Shown piece by piece: positions 39,892 to 53,189 of a stretch of 64,000 nucleotides of DNA. The translations under genes and the position numbers were made by a program. Position 1 is the first letter of the stretch, and the number at the start of each line of letters is the position of its first letter. Below the pieces are notes generated by a model. The model did not search any database and had not been told where the DNA came from. It saw only the letters and a list, made by a program, of their open reading frames with translations. The DNA lies in the NCBI RefSeq assembly GCF_001194135.2, contig NC_069001.1:20384452-20448451 (forward strand), in the 5' to 3' direction. The DNA is from Octopus bimaculoides (taxonomy: Eukaryota).

Positions 39892-40639
39892 GTAAGGAAT
39901 TTTTGCTCTTTATAAATTCATTGAAGGTTTGGTTCAGAATGTTGCTACTGGCAATATCATATATATTTTGCTACAAAGAAAACTGAAACCTTATTTAATT
40001 CATAAAGCTTAATCCAAGTAGAATTCTGGAGGTGTCAAATGTGAACAAATTGTAGAAGGGTATCCACAAGCACATTTCTATCTTTTTTCAGAAAGTCTTA
40101 GCTTTTAAAGATTAAGTATTATTGTTTGAATTAACACAATAACTAAAGCAAGATATAATTTAAAAAAGAAACATGAAGAATACACAGAATAAACCATCCG
40201 CACTTCGGTTAAACCCCTATCAGCTTGGTCATGCTAGAGTGTCCATGACTCACCTATCACTGTTGACTGAAACTGAGCACACTCAAAAACATCCATATGT
40301 CTTCTATGTGTTTTACATCCCTTTTGTCATTGTATATCAACCCTTTAATCTTTTTGTTGCATCCTCATTTCTAACTCCTGCAACAATCAGCAGTTGTTCT
40401 CTGGCCTCCATCTACTTCCCATACTTGCAAGTGGATGGAGTGGTACTACAGAGGTGGGCTAGGATCCAGGACTTCAAAAGATAGTGTTATTGTAACAGCA
40501 ACTTGTCATTATTGGTTATACTGTTGTTCTGGACTCTCTTTCTCTATATATCTAGTTTCTCAGGGCAAAGCCCTTAAGTGACTCATTTCCACAAAGATTA
40601 CAGCTGAGTTTTCTCATTGTTTTTGTTTCTGATATCTGC

Positions 40640-41010
40640 ACAGGAGTATAGTTTCAGAATGCCTGTAGTATGCAGTGGAATACACCAAACAAAACGTGTT
40701 TTATGTTGATTTCACAATAGAAAATGATATAAAAGATTCAGTGGGCATAGGTAAGATGTTAGGCTCAATAACAACATTTTTAACACAACTTGCTGAACAT
40801 TTTACATCAAACAGCTGTAAATTTGAAGAACACCTGAAAGTACACATTCTCAGAAAATATACAGACTCCTCCACTCTTTCAGTCCTCAAAACGCATGAGG
40901 ATAATAAATATATTTGTGAATTACTAACGTCACACCCTGGTGGGATGAACAAAATGACAGGAGAATTTCATCACATTTACACAAAGCTTTTCAACCAAAT
41001 GTTCTCTTAG
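40640..41010 (+). mobile_element. Penelope-like GIY-YIG fragment (same family as 48365-49033)
   Basis: LAEHFTSNSCKFEEHLKVHILRKY...LKTHEDNKYICELLT.HPGGMNK is shared with the 48365-49033 ORF. Confidence 0.75.
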
Positions 41011-41258
41011 TCCTGGTTTCTTTTTTTTTTTTGTTACCTATTGTGAAAAAGTAGAAATTAATGACATCATTCCATCTAAAAATAAATACAGGACATTCCA
41101 GGTCCAATTCTGAATTTCTAGATGTCTGTATTTTTTTTACATTTTGAACTTGAAGAAGAAAGACATGTTGTCGAAATATTGTTCAATTCAATAAACAGAG
41201 TCAATCCTTGTCTACTACAAACATACGGCATGCTTATTGTATAATGATAATAATTATA

Positions 41259-41340
<82 letters not shown>

Positions 41341-41349
41341 TAATAATAA

Positions 41350-44235
41350 TGATGATAATAACAATAAAAGAAAAGAAGAATCCAGGCAGGGTTAGACATG
41401 CTCTCAAAGGAAATCTCTATGTTAAACCGAAAAGAGAAAGGGGAGCTTAAAAGCGAACAAAAATACAGGGTGCTGAAAAAGAAGTATAATATTGAAAGAA
41501 AGGGCCTGAAAATAGTAGTGGAGGTATTGAAACAACGCCTCATTGCAAAGGAAGCAAAGATGGTAAGATACAACCAAAAAATGAAGGGTTACCACTAGAA
41601 TAAGTTATCCAGGGTAGATTAGAAGAGATTCTATAAATAAATAAATGGAGAGTGTACAGACGAAAAGTTGATACCTGATAACATTGAAAGTCAAAGGATT
41701 TGGAGTTACATTTGGAGCAAAGACAAGGAAGCACAAGAAGGATGCTGAATGGTTGCAAGAACTGAAACAAACAGTCAAACAGTAGTCTGTTGAAAACAGG
41801 CGGAATTAGTCATTTCAGTCAGGGAAGTGAAGGAAATCAGCAAAAAAAATGAGCAATTGGAAGGCCCCCCAGGATCAGATGGAGTTCAAGGCTACTGGAT
41901 CAAAAGATTTGGTGAATGTCATGCGTGAATAGCTGCGCAACTCAACTTAAATGCTGACCAAGTAACACCAGAGTGGTTGACATTGGATAGGACATTGCTG
42001 TGCCTGAAAAACATCAAAAAGGCAATACAGTAGACAATTACAGGCCGATATCCTGTCTGTCACTTATGTGGAAGTTATTGACTGTAATACTTGCAGAGTC
42101 AATGTACAAATATCTAGAAAAAAATGGAGTCCTGCCACATGAGCAGAAGGGTTGCAAGCGTAAGTGCAGAGGTACCAAGGATCAACTCCTGATAGACAGA
42201 ACTGTACTTAGAGACTGCAAGAGGAGGAAAAGTAACTTAGCCATGTCATGGATCAACTAACGTATGGCATACGATATGATCCCACATTCTTGGATTATGG
42301 AGTGTATGAATCTATTTGGTATTGCATCGAATGTTGAGTGATTGCTTGGAAAAAGTATGGCGAATTGGAGGACAGACCTGACAGCATATGGAAGAAGTTT
42401 AGGGACAGTAGAAATTAGGAGGGACATCTTCCAAGGGGACTGCCTTTCCCCACTGATCTTTGTACTGTGCTTGATACCGCTAACACTAATTCTGAGGAAA
42501 GCAAAAGCTGGGTGTGTATTCAAAAGCTACCAACAAAAAGTCAACCATTTGTTATTCATGGATGACCTCAAACTTTATGGTAAAGATGAATCCCAAGTCA
42601 GTTCCCTCATTGATACGGTGTATACCTTCAGTGCTGATATCAGAACGGAGTTCCGACTGAGAAAGTGCGGTGTGTTAGTCTTGAAGAGAGGCAAAATCAA
42701 AAGTATGTACGGGCTAACGATACTGTCAGGGGAGGTTATGAAGTAGATAGAAGAGATGGGCTATAAGCACTTGGTGATTTTGGAAATGGATAAATTGATG
42801 GAGATAGAAATGACAGAAAAATTTAAGGTGGAGTACTTGCACAGAGTGAGACTGATCCTTAAGTCAAAATTAAATGGATGGAATAAGATCGACGCTATCA
42901 ACATCTGGACGGTTTCACACCTTAGATATGGAGTAGGGGTAATCGCATGGACAGTAGACGAACTAAACGGATCAGACAGAAAGACAAGGAAGTTGCTAAA
43001 TATGGGTTACTCCACCCCAAAAGTAACACAGATAGACTGTATGTATTAAGAAAAAGAGGGAAAAGAGGACTTATTGGATGCAAACACAGCATTAGAGCAG
43101 AAGAAAACAACATAGCATGGTATGTAAAAAATGCCACAGAACCGCTGTTATTAGAAGTAAGAAGGTCAGGCTCATGCAGGATGAAAGATTGCAAAGATAA
43201 AGCACTATACAAGAAATTGAAAACGAATGAAACTGAAAATAGGTGGGTAAAGAGAATAATGCATGGTCAATTTCATAGGGATGCTGAAGATAAGACAGAC
43301 AGAGAAAACAGATGGCTGTGGATGACTAAAAATGATTTAAAACCAGAAACGGAGGCCCTAATCGGTGCTGCTCAAGAGCAGGCACTAAGAACAAACTACA
43401 TAAAATACAAAACAGACAACACATCAGGAAGTGATAAGTGCAGAATCTGTGGACAAAATGGTGAAACCGCATGGTATATTACCAGCCAATGTACACCACT
43501 AGCCCAGAAGAAATATAAGAGATGTCATGACAATATAGCCAGGCATATCCACTGGACACTTTGCAACAAGTATGGACTTGACAGAGCAAAAAATTGGTAT
43601 GACCACAAACTTGAAGGCTTCATCGAAAATAGAAATACAAAGATTCTATGGGATTTCATGATTCAGTGCGACCATGAGATAGAGAATAGGAAGCCAGACA
43701 TAGTCTTAATTGAGGAAGAAACTAAACTATACTGGCTCATAGATATAGCATGCCCAGCTGACAACAAGGTATGCAATAAGGAAGAAAGAAAAGTTGAGAG
43801 ATATGACAGGTTAGGTTGGGAAGTTAAGCAGTTGTGGAAAGAAATATGGTCGGCAAAGGAGCAACCTCAGAAAAGGTCTATCAAAACAACGAACTTAGCA
43901 CCTGAATAACTCTGGACCTCTATAACAACTGAAGAGGTCACCCAGGCACTGCAAAAACTAAGCAACTGGAAGGCACCCGGGCACGACAAGATCCCCAACT
44001 TCTGGTTAAATTATCAGACAAGAACACATAAAAAGCTGGCTGAGAAATTTAATGGCATACTAGCAGAGCCAGAGACAATGCCTGAATGGCTCATGGAAGG
44101 GAAAACTATCCTAATTCCTAAATCCACTGAAACAGCAAACCCACAAAATTACAGACCAATAATTTGTTTCCCTACAATTTACGAAGCCTTTACTGCAATA
44201 ATATCATAGAGAATGAGCAAGCATCTGGAAGAAAA
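41350..44235 (+). mobile_element. R4/Dong-like RLE non-LTR retrotransposon, degenerate, with a second RT fragment appended at ~43870
   Basis: RT motifs DQLLID, IFQGDCLSPLIF, HLLFMDDLKL; CCHC relic CRICGQNGETAWYITSQC; RLE motif KPDIVLI...LIDIACP. Starts directly after a long (ATA)n. Confidence 0.92.
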
Positions 44236-45302
44236 CAAACTCTGCATTGCTCCTGTTGCTGTCAAACGTTTTTAGGGTTAAAGGTAAATAAAAAAAAGGG
44301 GTGTTTAGGGCATATAAAATTTAGAGGTTTGAATTTAAATTATACTAAAGCAAGATGTTTGTATCATAGATTCTCAGGGTTGGTTTTAAAGGGTTAATGT
44401 AACCCTCATATAAAATCAGCAGACATACTGCTAGAATTCATCTGATAGGCTCCCTCAGTTTTCATCTACCTAATTTCACTTGGAGGGCTTCAGTTGATTC
44501 AAGGTTATAGTATCAGATATATGTTCAAGGCTTCACGTAGTTCAAAGCCAAAGTGTCATCATTGTGAAGCAATCTTTTTAACCATTTGGTTATGACAGAC
44601 ACATTCACATGCATACAAATACACAAACACATCCATACAGAGGTATTCACACATGCATACATTTATTTGCAAATAATGTATTTCAAGTAGCTGTAAATTT
44701 GTATCATGGACCTGAAATACATTCAACAAAAATGCCAATTCAAGAGTGGTCCCTTGATATACTAGAAATAGCAGTCAAATCCCTCTCAACCATCTTAAAG
44801 AAACAACACAATGAATAATGCACTTTGTCTGAAAATAAGATAGAATGATCATAGAATAGAATGCTATTAATTGTAGGTTTGCCTAATGAAAACAATCACA
44901 ACAGCAACACTGGGAGAAGTAGAAGCACTACTTTAAAGATGATTGTTTTATATCACAATAGCTGAATAATGGTGTGTAACTGTTAAAATAGCATTAAATG
45001 CTTCCAATGGACCAGTCACAGTTTTCCTGCATCTCCAATGACAAAAGTAGCAAGGGAGTTTTCTGTAACTCAGTGCAGAACAACTAGCATAAAGATTAGA
45101 TGGATGCTGTATTTGCATCCTTCATTGATATACATTGCTAAAAGATATACACTTGCATAAATTTCAGTCAAATTCCATCCCAAACTTTTGATTAACCCTT
45201 AAGTTCTAATTTCATGTATACACAACTGAGAGATGTATTTTTTGTAACAGAATTTGAATTATTTCTAATACAGTGTCTGTCTCAATTTCCTTTTCTTTTC
45301 AG

Positions 45303-45429
45303 GAAGTTGTGCTAGTATTTTTTTTCGGTTTTGAATATATCATACGTCTCTGGTCAGCCGGTTGTCGAAGTAAATACATGGGTGTTTCTGGAAGACTACG
45401 GTTTGCTAGAAAACCAATATCTGTTATCG
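45303..45429 (+). CDS. KCNQ1: KCNQ1 coding exon 3 (S2 and S2-S3 linker)
   Basis: Acceptor ttttcttttcag, 127 bp, [42 protein letters not shown](D), donor GTAAGT. Confidence 0.97.
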
Positions 45430-45959
45430 GTAAGTTTCCTTACAATTTTGCTGGTCAGTTGAGCAACATTTAACTTTGATTGATATTTGATGTCAACCAG
45501 GTAATATCTTATAGAAACCAATGAACACATCATGCCAATGTCAATTATTCATTTATCTGACTGAAGAATAAAATAATTTAAAAAATCACTCTTTATCATT
45601 TGGATAGCATAGTTTATATAGTGGAAGTAGAGAGTAAGTTTTATTCCACTCCTGTATCATATACAGAGTGTACTGCTTGTATTTTATCTTGGCATCACCA
45701 CCGCTGTCTGTCTTTACATTCTGAATTCAAATTCTGCCAAGGTCGATTTTGCCTTTCATCCATCCGGGGGTCGACAAATTAAGTACCAGTTGTTTACTGA
45801 GGTCAATCCAATCTGGCCCCTTCCACAAAAATTTCCAGACTTGTGCCTTGAGTGGAAAATAATATTTTGAAATAGACTTACTTTTCTGTTCTTACTTTAT
45901 CTTGTATTTTTGAAGTAACACAGATGGCATTTTCTTTCTGAAGTAACAATGAATATATA

Positions 45960-46374
45960 CTCTTTACTCTTTTACTCTTTTACTTGTTTCAGTCATTTGA
46001 CTGTGGCCATGCTGGAGCACCACCTTTAGTCGAGCAAATCGACCCCGGGACTTATTCTTTGTAAGCCTAGTACTTATTCTATCCGTCTCTTTTTGCCAAA
46101 CCGCTAAGTGACGGGGACATAAACACACCAGCATCGGTTGTCAAGCAATGCTAGGAGGACAAACATAGACACACAAACACACACACACACATATATATAT
46201 ACATATATACGACGGGCTTCTTTCAGTTTCCATCTATCAAATCCACTCACAAGGCTTTGGTCGGCCCGAGGCTATAGTAGAAGATACTTGCCCAAGGTGC
46301 CACGCAGTGGGACTGAACCCAGAACCATGTGGTTGGTAAGCAAGCTACTTACCACACAGCCACTCCTGCGCCTA
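45960..46374 (-). mobile_element. tRNA-derived SINE, full length, same family as 1425-1830
   Basis: Reverse complement of the 1425-1830 element over its whole length. Confidence 0.9.
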
Positions 46375-46573
46375 TATGATGATTAATAATTTTGATTCAT
46401 ATTACTTTGTCAACTTTGGCTCATCATTATATCGTCACAGGTAGTTTATGTCAGCATGAATCAGATTAAAAGGGAAAATAGAAATATATTAGTTGAAATA
46501 GAATCTAGTGTTTTGGGCAAGGGTCTTTTCTCACACAAGAACTGAAAGAAAGGAAATACTAATCACTGTAAAG

Positions 46574-46810
46574 TAGTGGTTCTTATCCACAGTCCGTATA
46601 ACCCTTGGGGCTCTATATAAGATTTTGTAGTTAAAGTTAAAGAGTAATAAACTGGTCATACATTTACAATAAACCAAATATCTTAATTTTTTCATAATAT
46701 TCTTAATATCTAATTATGAAAATATAATAGCATTTTTTTAACACTGGGGTCCAACAGAGTAAAATAGGAATCAAAGGGGTCTTTAGGCAAAAGATGGTTG
46801 AGGACCACTG
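46574..46810. mobile_element. hAT-type MITE
   Basis: Imperfect terminal inverted repeats TAGTGGTTCTTATCC and GGTTGAGGACCACTG; TSD not readable. Confidence 0.6.
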
Positions 46811-47285
46811 GTCTTGAAGTATAAGCATTTCTGTTATCTTACTCTTTCACTTGACACAAAATAGGGCATGAGAAGAACAAATTTTTACCATAATAAAACT
46901 TTTTTAGATTTGCAGCAAAGCTAAATATTTTTTGGGTAGCATAGTTAATTCAGTTGGTCCTAGGGTATAACTGTTACTAATTTTATAAAATTTCAGCAAA
47001 GGAATAGAATTCACAGCATAGATGAAAGGATACTCTAAGATATCTATTCTACTGGCAATTTTTTTTTTACGACGACCATTCATATTTAAGTATTTTAGCT
47101 ACTGTCACAACAGTGTGGTAGTCACAACATACAAGCATCTGACCTCTTGATATTTTGTTCAGTGTCCTATTGATTAAACTTTCAACACACTTTTATAAGC
47201 TAACATAATGCATAAAAATTCTTTTTATATTTAACAAATTCCTGAATTAGTTGATACTGATTCTTATTTTATTTTTGTTTTGCAG

Positions 47286-47364
47286 ATTTTATTGTTGTTG
47301 TTGCATCGATTGTCGTCTTTCTTATAGGCTCCGAAGGACAAGTATTTGCCACTTCTGCCATCCG
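47286..47364 (+). CDS. KCNQ1: KCNQ1 coding exon 4 (S3)
   Basis: Acceptor tttgtttttgcag, 79 bp, (D)FIVVVASIVVFLIGSEGQVFATSAI(R), donor GTAATT; frame continuous with flanking exons. Confidence 0.95.
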
Positions 47365-47367
47365 GTA

Positions 47368-47424
<57 letters not shown>
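47368..47424. repeat. (ATT)19 microsatellite abutting the exon 4 splice donor
   Basis: Donor GTAATT runs directly into the repeat. Confidence 0.95.
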
Positions 47425-47425
<1 letters not shown>

Positions 47426-47805
47426 TTACCTTCACCTTCACTAAGGTGGAGGTATTGTTTTCAGTTGTGTTTGGTTGTTTGTTTGTCCATGGACATGATA
47501 TCTAAAAAAACCACTAGATAGATTTGGATGAAATTTTTAGGGATGTTTGGCCTTGAGACTAGCACAAACTGATTAGATTTTGGGATCAATCCAGCACCAG
47601 ACAAGGATTCTGGATTATTTTTCCTGTTTTTTCCTTAATTTTTGAGAGCGGTCAGGTTCATTTTTAGTATTCTTGTTTGTGAGAGTAGTCGAGTTTATTT
47701 CAGATATTCTCATTTTAAAAATCATCTCCGGTTAATCGTTGAGAGGACATTGGTGTTTCCTTGGTGGAGGTTTGCACTCTCTGAGTGCTCTTATTATTAT
47801 TAAAA

Positions 47806-48015
47806 AGGCGGCAAGCTGACAGAATCATTAGCATGCCGGGCAAAATGCTCAGCGGCATTTTGTCCATCTTCACTTTTTGAGTTCAAATTCTGCCATAGCC
47901 AACTTTGCCTTGCATCCTTTTGGGGTCAATAAAATAAGTACCTGTTGAGCACTGGGGTTGATACAATTGACTTATCCCATCCATCGAAATTGCTGAACTT
48001 GTGCCATAATTTGAA

Positions 48016-48016
<1 letters not shown>
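47806..48016 (+). mobile_element. Second tRNA-derived SINE family (similar copies at ~36786-36990 and ~45690-45860)
   Basis: AGCTGACAGAATCATTAGC head, GAGTTCAAATTC B-box, GGGGTCAATAAAATAAGTACC body. Confidence 0.7.
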
Positions 48017-48073
<57 letters not shown>

Positions 48074-48364
48074 GTCAAGATGAAGAGCGCGATTCGATTG
48101 TAAGATATTTTATTAGTTGAACGATATTTCAACAGTACGTCTGTCTTTGTCAAGTTCAAAATAAGAAGTGATAAAAATTCAAAATTACAGAAATTTAAAT
48201 GTAAAGTATGAACGAGAGCAACCAGCGTCCATACGTTGATGGAATGGTATCATCAGATTTTAAGTTAGAATTTGATATCAGGCGAAAAGAAAAAGACAGA
48301 AAAAAAATAGAAAAAAAGAAGACGACAGAAAAAAAAGGAAAGAAAAAGAGAGAAAGAAGAATAT

Positions 48365-49150
48365 TTAATCAAACAGTTTTGTATAAATTTGATGATATTC
48401 TCCTGTCATCTTATTCATTCCTCCAAGGCGTGATGTTAATAACCCGCAAACATATTTCTCCTCATATATTCTGAGAAGTGAAAGTGGGGCAGATTCAGAA
48501 TATTTTCTGAGAATATGCACTTTCAAGTTTTCTTTAAAATTGCAGCCGCTTGAAACGAAATGTTCAGCAAGTTCTGTTGAGCTACTATTATTGTGCCTGA
48601 TGTCGAATCTGTGCTCATTAAATGTTTTGTTTAATCGTTCTGTTGTACAACCAACATAAATTAAGTTGTGTTTCGTGCATTCTGCACCGTACACCAAATG
48701 GGAACCTTTACATGTTCCACCTTCTGTATAAATCATAACATTTCTGTTATGATTTCTGATGGATTTCACTTCTCTCATGTTGTTGCACAATGAACAGGGC
48801 TTACCTCTCTTGCAGCTGTTCTTTAAGGTACAGCGTGCAGATACTCCAATGTTCGTTTTCTTGGAGTCAGATATAGAGGTCAATAATTCTCTTATATTCT
48901 TATTCCGTCTAAAGGCTACAATGGGTGGCTGAGGAAATATCTGTTTGAAACGGGGATATTTTTTCACCACATGCTGGTATCTTTCATGCAACACTTTTGA
49001 AATGCCAGCGAAATGTCGGTGCCAGCTAATCATTAAAGGAATTCTATCATCTATTGTATTTCTTTTGCTAAAATTTTGCGTGTAGGTTTGACTATCTTTG
49101 ATAATCTTAGCTATTTCATTTGCTATTTTCTTTAAACGTGATTCACTGTA
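48365..49150 (-). mobile_element. Penelope-like element, C-terminal linker and GIY-YIG endonuclease
   Basis: PPIVAFRRNKNIRELL, Cys-rich linker, LVYGAEC...IYVGCTTERL..TFNEHR...LAEHF. Confidence 0.85.
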
Positions 49151-49489
49151 ACCTCGTTTGACATAATGACATACAAAAGCGTTTGCATGTTTCCAGTAAT
49201 CACCTTCACTGATGATAACGGTGACAACAACAACAACAACAACAATAATTATTATTATTATTATTTTAACTTAGGTTTTGTTGGAATTCCTGGAGTCTTG
49301 CATGCATCTCAGGCTTGCTACTTGCAGCCTACAGTACCATGCAATCTGTTCTTTTCAACTATCTACTATTTTCCTGATGATTTTGGTCATGCCAAGGAGG
49401 CAAACCTTTTGTAACAGTTCTACTGGGTTCTCTACAAGTGAGTACCCAAAAGAAACCAGAAGTTTGCAATATATCTTATTTACTTAGTT

Positions 49490-50200
49490 TTGCATGTTTA
49501 TACTTTTATTGCCTTCAAAGTATTCTCCATTTGAAGCAATGTATCAGTCAAAGTGCATTTTCCATTGTTCAAAGCACTCCTGGAACTCTTGCAAAGTGAT
49601 ACCTTTTAACACCTCTGTCATTTTTCCTTCACCTCTTCCACATCTGCAAATTCCATATTACCAGCTTTTGTCTCCAGTGATGACCTTTGAAAAATGGTCC
49701 AGATCAACTTCCAACTGTTCTTTTAGTTCATGACATGCATTCAGCCATGACTGCTGTTAATCTTTCGTGAGGAAGCGAGGTACAAATTTTGCTGCAATTC
49801 TTTTCATTCGCAATTCCTCACTCAAAATTCTTTTGCAGGAGCTCCAAGACACACCAATCATATCAACAAATTTATCAATTGTTCAGTGACAGTCCTCCAA
49901 GATAAGTTCATGAATTTTCATGATGTTTTCATTTGTTCGGGAGTTCAACAGTTGCCCTGAACAAGGTTGGTCCTCAAGCGACACAAGTGACCATTCTTAA
50001 ACTGTGAAAACCACTCATAAACTCGTGTTTTGCTCATGGCAGTGGTTTTGTAAGCTGTTTGAAGCATGACAACTGTTTTGGCCACTATTTTACCCAGCAG
50101 AAAACAGAATTTCACAGAATCACACTGTTCCTTCATTTCAACCATTGCAAAAATCAACAAACAGGAGAGAAGCACTGCAAAACAAAGACACACCATGTGG
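49490..50200 (-). mobile_element. Mariner transposase relic, internally deleted
   Basis: N-terminus EQCDSVKFCFLLGK...MSKTRVYEWFSQFKNG; C-terminus FEQWK...IASNGEYFEGN. Confidence 0.8.
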
Positions 50201-50529
50201 CAGTATGACCTCACTGGTCAACGCTGGTTGGCAGACTGATGCCTGGGGGCCACATCAAGTGGCTTCTAGTGGCAAAAGCCTGAACTACAATGGGCTTGTC
50301 CTACAGAGAAGGTTTCTGGTTACTTTTGGGTACCCCCTCATATTCCCATTTCCTTTATATTCATTCCATTTTGAGTTCATGTGTTTTCATAATCCATTTC
50401 CACTGGGTTCACTTCTCATCCAGCATTCAATTGCTGTTCAATTTACTTCCTTATCCTACCCTTTTCTCTGTCTCTGACTTTGGGTGTAAGCAGTCTCTGA
50501 ACGATAATTGAGCCTGCACTGATCAACCA

Positions 50530-51070
50530 CAGGGTACCTGCTGGGCAAAAGACCTTCACTGTTGGTTCCAGCCTCATTCAGTACATTTGTATTGGACATT
50601 TTCACTCTGTATATCATACTTAATGTGCATGTATACATAATACATGCTACATGGCAGTAACACATGAGCTGTGACCACCAAGGACTTGCAAAGGCTTGAA
50701 AGAAATGCAGCTAGTATGCTTTGCTGAATGTGCAATGTCAGTGTGCATGTACAATAGAGTGTAAATGTCATGAGAGAAAGTTGGGCATAAGAGGCATCAG
50801 GTGTGGTGTGCAAAAGAGATGACTGTACTGGTATGGTCATGTAATGTGTATGGAGAAGGACAGCTGTGTGAAAAAATACCATTCTCTAACTATGGAGGGA
50901 ACCTGTGGAAGAGGTATACCCAGGAAGACATGGGATGAGGTGATGAAGCATGATCTTCAGATGTTGGGCCTCATGGAGGCAATGACAAGTGACTAAGACC
51001 TTTGGCGATGTCCCATGCTTGAGAAGACCTGTCAAGCCAAGTGAAATCGCAGTCATAGCACATAAAAAGC
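50530..51070 (+). mobile_element. RTE LINE 3' fragment
   Basis: EGTCGRGIPRKTWDEVMKHDLQMLGL matches the RTE C-terminus. Confidence 0.65.
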
Positions 51071-51938
51071 ACCCTTTAAACATTGGGCTTGAGAAAATCT
51101 GTCAAGCCAAGTGAAATTGTAGTCATGGCCAGTGTAGTGTCGCATACCTGGCACTTGTACTGGTGACATGTAAAAAGCACTCTTTGAACTTTGATGTTTT
51201 ATTCCATTAAAACAGCTGTAGAAGACGATTTTATTGTGAACTATACATGAAATTTATACATTGTTGCTTTTTATTTTAAATATATAATTTCGTGTGTGTG
51301 TGTGTGATTGTATGTGTGCATGCATGTATGTATGTATGTATGTACATATGTGTGTGTGTATGTATGTATATGTATCAAACAGACTCATACACATCTGTAT
51401 GTATGTATGTATGTATGTATGTATAATAAAATGGGATGATAAAGGAAATAAGCAATTATGTTATGAACCTCATTAGTTTACAGCTGTTTCTGCAATACAC
51501 TCATAGTTGAGTGCTTGAATATTATCCTATAGCTTCATCAGAGCTTCAAACATGAAGTGCTATTTATTTGCAAAAATATTTACATATATGTATAATGCTT
51601 TTCTATTTATATACATTCATGTAAATGTTTTCCTAAATAAATTACACTTCATGGTTGAAGCACTGACGAAACTGTAGGGTGATACTCAGGCACTCAGCTA
51701 TGAGTGCATTGCACCTCATAGCAGAAACAGTTGCAAGCTAATGAAATTCATAACATAATTATTTATACCTTTGTCATCCCAATTTCTTATTCCTGCTCTG
51801 TACTTGACTGACACTTTGTACTGAAGCATATGTATATTGAGTTTTAAGACCAGGTTATTAGCATCTCAATGCCTAAGTGAAATATATATATATATATATT
51901 ATTTTCAAGGTTTTTAAAAACTATCTTTAAATTTTCAG

Positions 51939-52035
51939 AGGAGTTCGTTTCTTGCAAATCCTTCGTATGCTCCATGTTGACAGACAAGGAGGGACATGGA
52001 GATTACTTGGTTCTGTGATATACCTGCATCGGCAG
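51939..52035 (+). CDS. KCNQ1: KCNQ1 coding exon 5 (S4 voltage sensor and S4-S5 linker)
   Basis: Acceptor attttcag, 97 bp, (R)[32 protein letters not shown], donor GTATGT. The LHVDRQ motif is KCNQ1-type; KCNQ2-5 have R/M-D-R-R here. Confidence 0.97.
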
Positions 52036-53189
52036 GTATGTATTTTGTGAAACATTTTCAAAATGTGTTAATAACTTTCAAGTCTGTAAAAACCACATTT
52101 CATTATTGATTTTTAACATTGACTCATATTAAAGGACAAAGTATTATCAATGGAATTGACTTCAATACATGACATGTACCTAATTCATTGATGCTGGAGG
52201 GATGAGAGGCAATGTTGACCATAATAGGATTTGGATTTGAAATCTAGTGGGTTGAGATTAAATATTGCAAATAATCTGGTGTTTTACCATTTCTCATGTG
52301 GTGATTACAATTACCAATTTCAGTTTCTATTTTAAATAATTTTATATCATTGCTGATAATCTGAGGAAAGATATGAGTAATATCATATAATCCTCCACTT
52401 TACATAACTTTAAATACATAGAACAACATATATAGTCATTAGAAATATCGTTATTATCACCATTTTTGCCAACCTTTTCTATTTGGGTGAGAAAGTGACA
52501 AACATGAAAGTATACTCAACTACATGTTTATGATATTTAGTTAGTTTCAATCCTAACAATTGCTTTGACAAGGCTTACATAATGTTATTCAATGTGGTAC
52601 TTCTCTTCACTTGATGATATTTAAGAATATGCTTGGTTTCTCTACTGCTTTCGTTTTACTCAGAGCCATCTTTGCATTATTACAGATCTCCTGGCAAAGC
52701 AATGCACTGGGCCTATATTATTTATTTAATGAAAGCAAATCATGAAATATACAGATTAAAATTTGGCCCCTGGACCCATGGGGCCCCCAGGCAATTGTCC
52801 AACGTGCTCATGCCTTGCTTTTACTGGTCATTGAACAATGGTTGTTCAGTAGTGCCACCTTCAAGAGTTTAATTGATTATATTGACCTCAGAACTTATTT
52901 TTCTCTGGTTTTTGTTTTATCCACCCCTAGTTGTCATATAGGACATAGAGAGACAACATAAACACATATTTGAACACAAGCACACACACACATATGGTCA
53001 ACTTCTGCATAGTTTTTGCTTACCACACTCCACACATAAGGTATCAATCAACTTATGGCTGTAAAACATTTGCCCCAGATATCATGCACTGGGACAGAAC
53101 CCACACTTCTTCACCAAACTGCCATCGCTATGTCTATATGCCTGCTTACTATTTATTTCCATTTAGCACATTTTAAGTTAAGGTATTAG

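Noticed and set aside
41118-41573. Poly-Tyr and poly-Ile ORFs (also 38032-38330, 47251-47505, 47926-48159)
   Set aside because: Translations of (AAT)n microsatellites.
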